Positions 10,986-21,789 of a DNA stretch of 64,000 nucleotides are shown here, in pieces. Under the pieces are notes generated by a model. That model was not told where the DNA came from, did not search any database, and saw only the letters and a list, made by a program, of their open reading frames with translations. The number at the start of each line of letters is the position of its first letter. The stretch's first letter is position 1. Origin of the DNA: an uncultured Clostridium sp. Lineage in GTDB: Bacteria; Bacillota; Clostridia; TANB77; CAG-508. The translations under genes were made by a program, and so were the position numbers. The DNA is taken from assembly GCA_900553365.1 (NCBI GenBank), contig USDL01000001.1:55967-119966 (forward strand). The letters are read 5' to 3'.

Positions 10986-13025
10986 TTAAAAATCCAAATC
11001 TTCTAAATCTTTATCTAACATTACTCTTTTCTTCTTGGGCTTTTCAATTTCATCCCAATCAAAATCTGTAGTAGATTTTGCATTTAAGGAAGTCGTTTTA
11101 GAATTAAGAATAGCGTCAGATTTAGTCTTACTTTTTAAATCAGAAGTCTCATTTGTTTTATCCTCCATAACATCATAATATAAAATTTTAACTTCTGGAT
11201 AAATCTTGTCTTCCCAAGACTCTAACTGGAACTGGCAAATTAAATTCATTACCAAATTCTTTTTATTAGCGCCAAAGGTATATCTATCCTTAAGAGTCAT
11301 CATATCAAATTCTGTAGCAGGACAATACTTTTTAATATAAGTAATACCGTTATGCTGGAATCTAATAAAACTCTTAGTTTCGCCATACCCATTAATTTGA
11401 CTAGCATTTATATGAAGATTTGTAATTGCAAAAGTAGGAGTAGGGACAGTATTACCCCACACTTCATAATTTTCAGCTACTTCTTTTACAAATCTTACTT
11501 GCATTTCATTAGCAGGAATTTCCCAATCAACTGGATAAATAGTTTTAAGTTGGTCAAGAGGAAGCATTTCGTTACACTTTTTAATTACCTCATCAACATT
11601 TTTCTTTTTAAGAAATACACCAGCAGCGTTTTCATGTCCAGCACAACTTATAAGTCCAGTTTGCTCTAAAAACTCCTTCAAGTTTTTAATGTTTCCTTTA
11701 TCATATCCGCGACAGGAGCCACCGAATTCTGAGATACTCCTTTCCTTAAGAAGCACCACTGGACGCAAATACTTAGAAGCAATCTTGTTTGCTACTAATC
11801 CCGTAACAGATTTTTTATCAACTATGTCGGTACAATCGACAAATAAAATAGTATTTTTATCTAGTCCTTGTTTGTCAATTTTATCAACAATTTGCTCCAT
11901 AAATTTACGAACGGCTGTATCTTGACGAGACTTTACATTATTAGCTACTCTCGCCATCTCCCATTGAAGTGTATGTTCTTCTGGAAGAGGTTTCGGGTCG
12001 GTAGCTCTTTTTCTTCTTGGTTGATAAATAACAGTTTCTTGTTCTCCAACCATAGCTCTGAATAAATCTCTTTGCTCTTTTTCTGTACCATAACGTACTA
12101 CACCATTAATTCTTGGAGCAAGTACCCAGCCGACATTTGTAATAGTTCTACCAAAGTGAATTTCATCAGCCATTCTTTCTTGAAGTTCATTAAGAAAATC
12201 ATTCTTTTGATTTTCAACTTTCAAACCTTCAAGTACATACCATCTTGTTTCTAAGTCTCTCAAATCCATACTATCTGCAATAATACCAAGAGAAACTAAA
12301 TCAAGATATTCATCAAGCCAACTATCACTACAGTGATACTTTTCACAATAAGCTTCACCAAATTTGCGAACTACACCCACACCAGACAAAGTAGGATTGG
12401 GATAGTGACCATCAGTATCATTTACAGCTACACAATAGTTAATGTAACTATCTTCTTTAATTCTGTCAGACTCTTTTTCTTTAATTTCATCCGCTTCATT
12501 TTTTAAAATCCATTTACCTGTGTTAGTATCTAAATATTCAATTTCAACTAAATGGTGGTCTAACACAATTATAGGGCAATTGTAATTTTTAGCAATTTGA
12601 ATCGCATCTTTACAAATCATTGAAGCATCTGGAATAATAATTAAACCGATTTCATCTTTTGAATATTCACTTAACATCTTGTAAGTTAATCCATGCTCTT
12701 TATTAAAGCTAAAAATATATTCTACTTTAGCTTCAGGATTAAAATGCTCAATAATTTTACTCATTAAAGTAGCAGATGTATATCCATCACAATCGCAATC
12801 GACCTTAATTACAATTTTCTTGTCTGTATCAATATTATCATGAAAAACCTAAACAGCCTCATCCATATTCTTCATCTAAAATGGGTCATTAATAACCTTA
12901 TTTTTTACAGGATGAAGAAAACTTTTTACATCCTAAATATCATAGCTTTTTAAAATAGTTTCAAGAAAATCATATTCATCATCAAAGTTATTCTAAAACT
13001 TTGTCTCCCATAGTAATTTTTCCAT
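10986..13025 (-). CDS. recJ: RecJ-like DHH-family single-strand DNA exonuclease
   Basis: ORF 10986-12764 has a DHH motif (VLDHH). The in-frame upstream extension carries motif I (KVDCDCDGYTS) and four TAG codons (12993, 12933, 12876, 12849; codons 11, 31, 50, 59). ATG 13023-13025 overlaps the primase TAA (TAATG). Confidence 0.75.
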
Positions 13026-14221
13026 TAATTACCTCTTAAAAATATACTCGTAGAACTTTGCCTTTCCCCGTAAGAATAAACAGGTTTTGCTAATTTTATT
13101 AATTGATTGTAAACATCTTTTCCTTTATCAAGAGGTGAATCTTTGATATCTAACAATCCTTTGGTGTCCTTAATAAGAAAGACATTAAAGCTTAAAGCAA
13201 GTCTCTGAGCTAAAGTCCTTAATCGTTCATTATACCTTAAATAGTTATCATATAACAATTTGTCAGCTTTATATACTTCTTCATATTTATCATCAAAGTC
13301 TTTATCAAAACCTAAATAAACTGTATCTACTCCGAGTTTTTCTAAAGCCCTAATTTGCCAATCTGAAACATTAAAGCCACAAGTTGCCACTACGCAACTT
13401 TTACCATTAAAATAAGTGTCTGCTTTTAAAACACTTTTCTCACCCTCAACTATAACCGCTTTCTTAAATCTTTTTATATTTTCTTTATTCTCGTAAAGAC
13501 CATATAAATTCAATCCAAGAGGATGGTCAAATTCTTTACCAGTCATAAACAAAGGCATATATTTTCTTTTAGAATCTTCTGGTTGTAAACTTCTTCGTCT
13601 AATACCAACTAAATGACCATCTATATTATAATGAGGAATAATTATATATTTTTGATATTCATACCATTCAATACCAAATTTTTCCATAGAAGAAATACTA
13701 ATTCCTTCATCAATCCAACCTTTATAAAAAGTATTACAATCAAAATAATTAAAAAGACATTTATAATCATCATAAAACTTCGTAATTTTAGCTTCATGAA
13801 ATTGTTGTCTTCTTTCAATATCTTCTGATTGTTTTACCATTTCAGATAATTGTCCACGCAACTCTGGTGAAATATCATTTCCAAAACCAATACGACTTCG
13901 AGATAATGATTTACCAACTTTTTTAGCAATATAAACAATTACCTTGCTATAAAATTCTCCGTCTTTAGCATTACGAATTCTTTTAATAAACTCAAAAAAA
14001 TTCATTCGTCCACAATTTGTATAACAAAAAAAATCTTTGCTTTCAGTAAAGAAACATAGTTTATGACTATCTCCACCATGACAAATTGTTTTAAACCAAA
14101 GACATTTTTGTTGTGTTCTTCCATCTGTAGAAGTTGAATATAAAGGAGAACCATTTTCTTCCATGATGTTAATAACCACATCTTCTGTTACCAACTTCAA
14201 CAGTTCATCTTTATCTATCAT
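13025..14221 (-). CDS. dnaG: DNA primase (zinc finger plus TOPRIM)
   Basis: Zinc-finger-like CLWFKTICHGGDSHKLCFF...CYTNCG, and TOPRIM motifs VIVEGEKSV and LGFDKDFDD. ATG 14219-14221 follows GAGG. No TAG codons. Confidence 0.75.
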   Translation of the reverse strand: MIDKDELLKLVTEDVVINIMEENGSPLYSTSTDGRTQQKCLWFKTICHGGDSHKLCFFTESKDFFCYTNCGRMNFFEFIKRIRNAKDGEFYSKVIVYIAKKVGKSLSRSRIGFGNDISPELRGQLSEMVKQSEDIERRQQFHEAKITKFYDDYKCLFNYFDCNTFYKGWIDEGISISSMEKFGIEWYEYQKYIIIPHYNIDGHLVGIRRRSLQPEDSKRKYMPLFMTGKEFDHPLGLNLYGLYENKENIKRFKKAVIVEGEKSVLKADTYFNGKSCVVATCGFNVSDWQIRALEKLGVDTVYLGFDKDFDDKYEEVYKADKLLYDNYLRYNERLRTLAQRLALSFNVFLIKDTKGLLDIKDSPLDKGKDVYNQLIKLAKPVYSYGERQSSTSIFLRGN

Positions 14222-14233
14222 AAACAACCTCTA

Positions 14234-16048
14234 TTAATAATCTATTTCTTCTTCCTCTTTTGATGAAGCTTTCTTTTCTTCTTCGTCATCTTCATCATCT
14301 TCTACCATTCTAAATTTCCTGCTTTCAGGAGATTCTAAGAATGGGTCCTCTTCATTTTCAAGAGCTTCTTTAATTTTTTTTGTTACTTCTTCCGTATCTT
14401 CAAAAACATCAAAAGTTCCTTCTTCCTTGGCAGTTTGAGCAATATCAACTGCATCGTTAATCATTTGACTTCGTAAGAAGTCTTTGTTGTTAAAGAATTG
14501 AACCTTTTGGTCTTCTTCAACACGAGTAAATGTTTGAGGAATATCTAAAAGTTCATAGTCATAATCAGTACAAAACAAATCATGAACTCGCATTGTAGAA
14601 TATTCAATATACAACCAAATTTTAACTTTATTGTATTCTCCACCACGATTTTTATAAACTGATAAACATCTATTAGGCTTATATTTTAAGAATTTACTTC
14701 TCAAAATTTTCTCTAAATATTTTTCTTCTTTCTTCGTAACCTCTGACAAAATTGCTCCATGGTCAGCTTTATCAATGATGGCTTTAGCACCACGCACAAT
14801 TGTTTGGTCACGATTCTACTCGTTCTTAAAATCCCCCGTAACCTGTGTCCAAGTATCAATGCAAATATCGTATTTTCGAGTAAGGTCTTTTAATTTCAAA
14901 CTTAAATTTGCAAGAACTTGGTCTTCACGAATTTGCATTCTTGCTTTGGCATTAGCTTGGAACTCACTAATCAAATCAGTTGTTACATGAATATAATCAA
15001 AAAAAACATGAGTTATTCCATGTTGAAGAACGTGTTGTTCAATAACATTCTCTAAAGTTCCGATATCATAGTCAGGTACATATTCAAGATAAATATGTCC
15101 CTCTTCATGAAGAATTCTAATAGCTTCATCAACTCTTTCTTCTTCATCCCCAACATACTTACCCGTCATAATATGTTGCTGAGGAACATCTGCAATATAG
15201 GCCCATAAAATAGGCTCAATCTCTGTAATAAGCTCCATTTCTGTTCCAATATAAAGAGCAGCATTTTGAGTACCATTTGGATTTTTTACGAATTCTCCAA
15301 CATTAGAATCCCAATATTTAGGAGTGAAAGAATGACAAAGATTGGCAATAGTAACTCTCGTTTTTCCTAAACCTGTCCGTGCAGAACAAACAGTAAATCT
15401 TCGTGGTTGCATACCTCTTGTTACGGTAGTCATATAATTACTTGCGTAAGATAAACCATAAGCAGGAGTTTTCTTCCATTCTTCTTTTTGCTTTCGAGCT
15501 TCATCACTACCAGCTTTAACACTATCACGCCCAATTTTGGGACTATATTCTTGAGTAATATTAGATACTTTTTGTCTAAAATAATTAAGTATATCATCAA
15601 TAGTCATTTGACTAAATTGATATCTTTGTTCATCTGCAATTTCAGGGTCTTCTTCGTCAGGATTGTAAATTTCATCAACTTCGATACCTGACTTAAGATA
15701 AGCACGAAGAAGAGAAAACTTTTTCATCTCCTGATAATTAGTATTAAAGTTTTCTGGCGTAGCTAATTCTTTAGCCTTTTCAACATAAAGATTGCCATTA
15801 TTCCTTGTATAAATATTATATAAAGACTGCAAATTGTTTTTTAAGTAGTCATCAATAATATATTGGTCAAGTTTTACCGCACCCTGAGAAAAAAGATTGT
15901 TTATCGCTACAAATAAAAGTTGATGGAAAGCTTCAACAAAATCTTTTTTGTCGATTTTATTACTTGTTAATAAAGTTGGATTCTACAGTAAACAGCCAAG
16001 AACTTCTTTAATTGCAGATTTGCTTTGATAATCTCTATAATCCGCCAA
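14234..16048 (-). CDS. dnaB: Replicative DNA helicase (DnaB-like)
   Basis: Three ORF-track fragments join in frame through TAG at 15983-15985 (codon 22) and 14816-14818 (codon 411). The N-terminus is AIKEVLGCLL-x-NPTLL (DnaB N-domain-like) and Walker A is ARTGLGKTR. TTG start at 16046-16048 lies 6 nt after GGAGG. The C-terminus has an acidic tail. Confidence 0.75.
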
Positions 16049-16049
16049 G

Positions 16050-16751
16050 TTAAGCCTCCCATTCTTCGGGATGTTCAGCCATTATTTCTTGAACATCTCT
16101 TTGTAATTCTGATAAAAACATATTATCTTTTTCCTTTTGCTTTTGCAAATCTTTTCTAAAATTATAATCTCCTATAAAATCTGTGTTTACTATTCCATCA
16201 TCAATAATATCTTCAGCAGAAATTTCTTCCTTGTGATTGCGTTTATTACGTCTTTCCTCTTCTTCTTCCTGCTTTTTAATAATTTCAGAACGAGCTACAT
16301 CTATTGCAACAGGCTGTTTTGTTAAAACATATTCAATTAATTCAGTTTTAGTCATCTTCATTTCTTTGTATTTTTGCCAAAAATCTCTGGATTCAGCAAA
16401 ATAACGTACAACCATGAAGATGTCTGATTCTGTCTTTATGGGAGGAGCTGGATTATCAGCATACTCGTACATATAATATAAAGTATAAAGAATTTGAGAA
16501 TTAGTCAAACCATATTTTTCTTTTATCTTTTTTATATAAGTGGTTACAAGAGAAGCGTTAACCCACTCTCTCATACCCAAGTTATCCCAAAGATAATCTG
16601 TTAAAAGTCTGTAATCTTTAGCATCATGGGCAGGCTATTTGCCGCAAACTGAACAATAATTTTTACCATTTACGGTGATAATTTCTTCAAAAGGGAACAT
16701 TTTGCCACAAACACTACATTTTCTATTTTTTCTTGGTGCTATAATCCTCAC
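16050..16751 (-). CDS. Zinc-ribbon protein, possible replication-organiser/helicase-loader position
   Basis: ORF 16050-16580 extends through TAG (16635-16637) into CSVCGK...CSVCGK. Only non-ATG starts are available (GTG 16749, ATT 16743, ATA 16740) after AAAGGAG, so the start is uncertain. Confidence 0.45.
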
Positions 16752-16822
16752 TCCTTTCTTAAAATATTAAAACGGAAAATAAAGGGGAATAGTAATTAGT
16801 TTTACTATCCCCCAATAATTAT

Positions 16823-17842
16823 TTATTCTACTGTAATATTATTTTCAGTACAGTAATCCTTCAAATCATCGAGAATAAGTAAAAGCATATCCAATTGAGA
16901 TTCATCGCAATCTTTTACACTCTTACCCTTTCCAAGATACTCTGCAATAATCTTCTTATATTCTGTACTACCAGTATTATGAATAGCCTTTACATAGCTA
17001 CCGATTTCAGCAATAAGCTCATCAACGCTCTTCTTTTCATCTTCGGTAACTTCGTTATCCTTAAAGAGATTAACCTCATTATCAACAACTGTCGCACCAT
17101 TAGCCTTTTGTTTATCAATAGCCTTTGCCATATCATCACGCAATGCTTCATAAGTAAATGGAATACATTCAGACATATAAGGACTACGAGAACCAGCTTC
17201 AAGATGCTTATTGCCTCTCATAGTAAGCATGGAATGAACATTACCCTGTTCATCAGTTTCATAAGAAGCGTAACCAGTTACGTCAACAAGACGAGAAACA
17301 ACAAGGAATCCACGGTCGGGTACAGTAGGAATAGTCTTATCATATTTCTCACCGTTTTCCTTAATCTGCTTAGTGGTGGCATGAGAAATACAAATCAAAG
17401 TATAACCAGCCTTAACAATCTCTTGGAAAAACTTATCATACTCACGAGACAAAGCACGATAGCCACGCATCTTTTCAGTCTCATCAAGATAATCTACACC
17501 TTCCTTGTCTACGATATACTTCTCACAAAGGTCGTAGGCAATATCAATAGTATCAACAATTACCGTTTTAAAGATTGTTTCTCTATTTTCTTTTTCAGCC
17601 GCATCTGCATCTTTAAGTAACTGCTTCTTTACTTCAAGAGCTTCTTTCCAAGTGTTAATTGGCTGTGCAATAATGCCATCCAAGAAACCATAGCCTTTTT
17701 CGAAACCAAGCAAAATAGGCTTGGGAAATTTACAAGCATTTGTAGTTTTGCCGCTCTTTCTTTCTCCATAAATGAGAAAACTCTTACCACTAAGGTCACG
17801 AGTGACCACATTAGGCTTAATGCTAAAAATATCAATACCCAT
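16823..17842 (-). CDS. AAA/RecA-like ATPase (phage Sak4/AAA_24-like)
   Basis: The 339 aa ORF has Walker A YGERKSGKTT and a Walker B-like VIVDTID. Its position next to the SSB is typical. No TAG codons. Confidence 0.6.
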   Translation of the reverse strand: MGIDIFSIKPNVVTRDLSGKSFLIYGERKSGKTTNACKFPKPILLGFEKGYGFLDGIIAQPINTWKEALEVKKQLLKDADAAEKENRETIFKTVIVDTIDIAYDLCEKYIVDKEGVDYLDETEKMRGYRALSREYDKFFQEIVKAGYTLICISHATTKQIKENGEKYDKTIPTVPDRGFLVVSRLVDVTGYASYETDEQGNVHSMLTMRGNKHLEAGSRSPYMSECIPFTYEALRDDMAKAIDKQKANGATVVDNEVNLFKDNEVTEDEKKSVDELIAEIGSYVKAIHNTGSTEYKKIIAEYLGKGKSVKDCDESQLDMLLLILDDLKDYCTENNITVE

Positions 17843-17897
17843 TATTTAAATGTCTCCTTTTAAAAATTTTGAATTATTTTTAGTTGTCGATTAGAAA

Positions 17898-18845
17898 TTA
17901 GAAAGGAATATCATCGTCATCATCAACAACAGGAGACATCTTTCCAGAACCCTTCTTACCAAAGCCCGTAGGTGCAGAAGAACCATTACTGCCCTTAGAG
18001 CCCTGATATCCTGCTCCCTCAAGTTCCTTCAAACGACTTGCTCTCTCATTGAGCATAGCCTTACACATCTGAGGAGTGATAATCATATCTTCCTGCTCAT
18101 CTTCATCATAAGCAATATCACCACCAGTAAGAACCATTTCAAGATAGCTCTTGCCCTCAGTTACTCTCTGCTGACCAAAACCCTTGGTCTTAGGCTTTGC
18201 TTCACTCTTTTCATTGGGCTTCCAGCTAACATACATCTTAGCAGTAGCACCCTTAACATAGCCATTATCTTCAAGAGCATCCACAAAATCCTTGGGAATA
18301 ATAATATTCTTAATATCAAGAGCGTTATGATAAAAATCCATACTAATGAGATTTAAACGCTTTCTACCAGTAGGCTTCTTATCATCTTCAGAGCCACGCT
18401 CTTCATCAGTAATACTCTTAATATATCCCTCGATATCAAGGTCACAAGCAAATTCTTCAAAATCATTAAAGAATTGCATAGAAGCAAGAGTACCTTCGTG
18501 AAGCTGTTCATCAGAACCAACATAATCATTTGCACTAAGAGAACCAACAAGTCTCACCATAGTGGCATTTTCCTTATCTTTAGTCATAGGAACTGCTTTT
18601 TTAACCCAGTCAAGAACCTTTTCATAGTTCTCACTATCTGTACCATCAGCTTTCTTCGCCTTGATAAAAGACGTGAAAGAACGAGTCATTACACTTTCTT
18701 CGCCGCACTGAATCTGCCCACGAATACGAATGTAATCAACACCATTCTTGTCCACACCCTACTTGGACTCAATATCAGCGAGATAACCCGCAAGAGTCAC
18801 GCTATTTGTCAATCTACGAATCTGGTCAGTATTTTTTGTAGCCAT
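17898..18845 (-). CDS. ssb: Single-stranded DNA-binding protein (atypically long)
   Basis: The C-terminus DDDDDIPF is the canonical SSB acidic tip, preceded by a Gly/Ser-rich linker. ORF 17898-18755 extends through TAG (18759-18761, codon 29) to ATG 18843-18845. Confidence 0.65.
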
Positions 18846-18880
18846 TATTTTTGTACTCCTTTAATTTTGTCTTTTAATTT

Positions 18881-19066
18881 TTAATTTTCATTTTCATCAT
18901 TGTTGTCATTGTCATCATCGTCAATAGACTTGTAATCATTACAAGCCTCAAACGTCAAAGTAACTCCCAAATCTCTTCGAGCGTCCTCAAGAAAAGGCTT
19001 AAGCTTTGCATACGCCGAGCACTTTACCAAAAAACGACAATCTTCACACGCAAGATTATTAACCAT
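18881..19066 (-). CDS. Small Cys-containing protein with a poly-acidic tail (61 aa)
   Basis: Intact ATG ORF and the first gene after the promoter at 19119-19147. C-terminus DDDDNDNNDENEN. Confidence 0.5.
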   Translation of the reverse strand: MVNNLACEDCRFLVKCSAYAKLKPFLEDARRDLGVTLTFEACNDYKSIDDDDNDNNDENEN

Positions 19067-19118
19067 TTTACTATCTCCTAATTATTCAAAAAAATCAACC
19101 TACCTTGGTTGTGAATAA

Positions 19119-19147
19119 AATATAGCATAGTTTTTTCATCTTGTCAA
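19119..19147 (-). promoter_or_regulatory. Sigma70-type promoter (TTGACA-17-TATATT) at the late/replication module boundary
   Basis: On the minus strand, TTGACA (19147-19142), a 17 nt spacer, then TATATT (19124-19119). The -35 element is embedded in the palindrome CAAGTACTTG. Confidence 0.65.
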
Positions 19148-19165
19148 GTACTTGGCAAAAATTTT

Positions 19166-19498
19166 TTAATCGGTTAGTCCATTATCATCGACACCAAAAC
19201 GTTTTGTTGTTCCATGTTTTGCCATAACCCAGCAATTATTAAAACTTCCTTTTTTAAGCATTATTTCAACAGAATCTCCTTCTCTTAATTCAAAAGGAGT
19301 TTGATTTTGAATTCTTGTAAATTCTGTTTCAGGTTCCCGTGGCAAAATAACATCCACAGTACCATCACTATTTACATTTGTCACCGTAGCACTTTCAATT
19401 CTCGGTGAGGTTCTTTTAATTTCTGCTGTAACGCACTAAAGTATTCTATTCAGCATTTCATCTGCATATTGGTCATAATTGTTATTTTGATTTATCAT
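19166..19498 (-). CDS. Small distal-tail-module protein (110 aa)
   Basis: ORF 19166-19384 extends through one TAG to ATG 19496-19498, which sits next to the TGA of the preceding gene. Confidence 0.5.
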
Positions 19499-19501
19499 AA
19501 A

Positions 19502-20743
19502 TCACCATCTTATTTTCTCTCCTTGACTTTCCTTCTCGGATGTATTAGTAGGTAAGTCAGAAGTATTACAACAACTTAATGATATTTTACCATCTTTACT
19601 ATTATAAGAAATAGAAGTAATTAACAACTTTTCTCGTTGTAAAGACAAAAATTCATCTTCAACTTCACATAAATTATTTACTGTCAAAATTGGATTGAAA
19701 CTAACAGAAACAGAAAATTGCACTCCTACAAAACTTGATTTTCTCAAATAATAATTTGCCAAATCATAAGCTAAGTCATCACTCCACACCTGAGAAGATG
19801 TATATGGAGCATCCATACGCCTTCCAATACGTTCCACACAAATAGGAGAAGAAGGATTATTATTTGTAACCGTAGCGGTGTAAATAGTAGAATCCACACT
19901 ATCTCCCACTACTTTTACACAATTAATAATTTGCTCATTTTGATATTGCAAATCCATATTATGTAAATCTCTACTAAGCTTGGGATAAGTCCAAATAACA
20001 GGTTTAACAGAGTCATCAACTGTTTCGTTAATTGGATAAAAACATAAATTACCAACTGTATTATAATAATATTCAGCAGATAATTGTGTTGCTAAAGCAT
20101 CCAAAATCGAACCCAAAGTCTCTCCTTGTTCCGCTCTAATTGTTTGCTGTGTTTTCAATCCAATAAAACTTGGGTCAAAAATAGGTTCTTTATAATCTAA
20201 GATATAGCCATTTCCAAGAGAAAAATTTAAAACCCCTTTAACAGCATCAATAATATTGCTACCCAATTCAACTTCATACGCCGTCTCAAGAGTACCTGTT
20301 TTACCTTCAAAAACAGCATATTTATCAGAAAGTTGAAGTTGAATAGTTTTGTTCGAATCATCCCTTGTCAAACTAACATCTCCTAAAATATAAACTCCTT
20401 TAGGAAACCAGATAGTTGTATCTTGATATTGAATACCCACATCAAATCCAAATCTTGTATTTACCCAAATACCATTAATATTAGGAGTATATTGTCCATT
20501 TTCGTTTGCTAAAGTAACTGTAATACTTCTTCTTTGCCCATTTTGATAAGATTCAGTATAATTTAAGCCATCTAAAGTAATATCGCTTTCTGGAATAATA
20601 TATGATACTTGTTCATCAGGAGTAAGAATAGATAGTCTATAACGAGAATGAATTACAGGTCTCTCAAGTATTCTTTTTAAAGTGTTAAAAGGAATAGCAT
20701 TTTCATCCCTTAATAACACATCGCCAAAAATATTATCAGCCAT
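19502..20743 (-). CDS. Tail/baseplate structural protein (413 aa), function unassigned
   Basis: Intact ATG ORF with RBS AAGGAGGAAAT. It lies downstream of the tape measure. No TAG codons. Confidence 0.55.
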   Translation of the reverse strand: MADNIFGDVLLRDENAIPFNTLKRILERPVIHSRYRLSILTPDEQVSYIIPESDITLDGLNYTESYQNGQRRSITVTLANENGQYTPNINGIWVNTRFGFDVGIQYQDTTIWFPKGVYILGDVSLTRDDSNKTIQLQLSDKYAVFEGKTGTLETAYEVELGSNIIDAVKGVLNFSLGNGYILDYKEPIFDPSFIGLKTQQTIRAEQGETLGSILDALATQLSAEYYYNTVGNLCFYPINETVDDSVKPVIWTYPKLSRDLHNMDLQYQNEQIINCVKVVGDSVDSTIYTATVTNNNPSSPICVERIGRRMDAPYTSSQVWSDDLAYDLANYYLRKSSFVGVQFSVSVSFNPILTVNNLCEVEDEFLSLQREKLLITSISYNSKDGKISLSCCNTSDLPTNTSEKESQGEKIRW

Positions 20744-20752
20744 ATTTCCTCC

Positions 20753-21772
20753 TTATCTGGCACTTGAAACAATAGAAATCGAATCTACGTCTAAAGCTTC
20801 CTACCAAGAGAAAGAAATTGTTGTTTGCAAAAGATTAGATTGCATATTTATATTATAAGTAGGAGCAGAAGTTACTTGAATAACCCAAGAGTTTCCTTTG
20901 TAATCTTTTAATAATTTTAAACTACCATTATTAATAAATTCTCTCCAAGCATTATATTTTTCTACTTCACGAGAATACATATCTTCTTTATTAACTCGTT
21001 CTGTATAACCATTTGCAGTTTTAACTTTGAAGGTTGTAATACTTGAACCATTTTCTTCTTTCGTAATAGCTTCTGTTTCTGAATAGTCAGAAATATCACC
21101 TAACAAACAAGTAACAGTAGAACTCATATAATCTTTCTTACCTTTAGAATATTTTGGAAACTGTCCCAAAGTATCCCAAGTAGAAATGCTATTATTTTGA
21201 GTTAACTCTCCATTGTCCATATTATAACGAAGTTTCCAAATGTTGCCAGTTTTAACATAAAGTTTTTCAGTTTCAGTCTCTTCAATATCACAAATAGTCC
21301 AAGAATCCCATTTAGTAGAAATATAAGCGGGAGAGGTTGTACCGTCAAGATTTACAATGGTATCCTCATACATTTTATAAGACCCACTGCTTTGACGATA
21401 AGCAACTAAATAATGATAAAATGCATTGGCTTTAATATTATAATCCAACATACTATAGTTACCATACATATCACAAATATATGTATAAAAGCTATCTTCG
21501 GGAGCTTTTTTGTAAACAGAAAGAGCACCATTTGACCCAAGTAAACTTTGAAAATAATAAGCTAAAATTGAAGTTCCAGTACCCTAATCCTTCAAATTAA
21601 ATTTATTGTACAAAATCAAGTCGGAGGACAAAGGCGAAGAATAAGGATTAGCTTTCAATTTTGCAGTAACTTCTTTACGAATAGTATCAGGAGATTTTGT
21701 AATATCGGTATCAATACCAACATCTCGAATTTCTAACCGTGGCGCATAATAAATATAGCTGTTAATATTCAT
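20753..21772 (-). CDS. Tail structural protein (339 aa), function unassigned
   Basis: ORFs 21584-21772 and 20801-21469 join in frame through TAG at 21584 and 20801. The true stop TAA (20753-20755) sits directly before the RBS of the next gene. Confidence 0.6.
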
Positions 21773-21789
21773 TAATTATCCTCCTTTCT

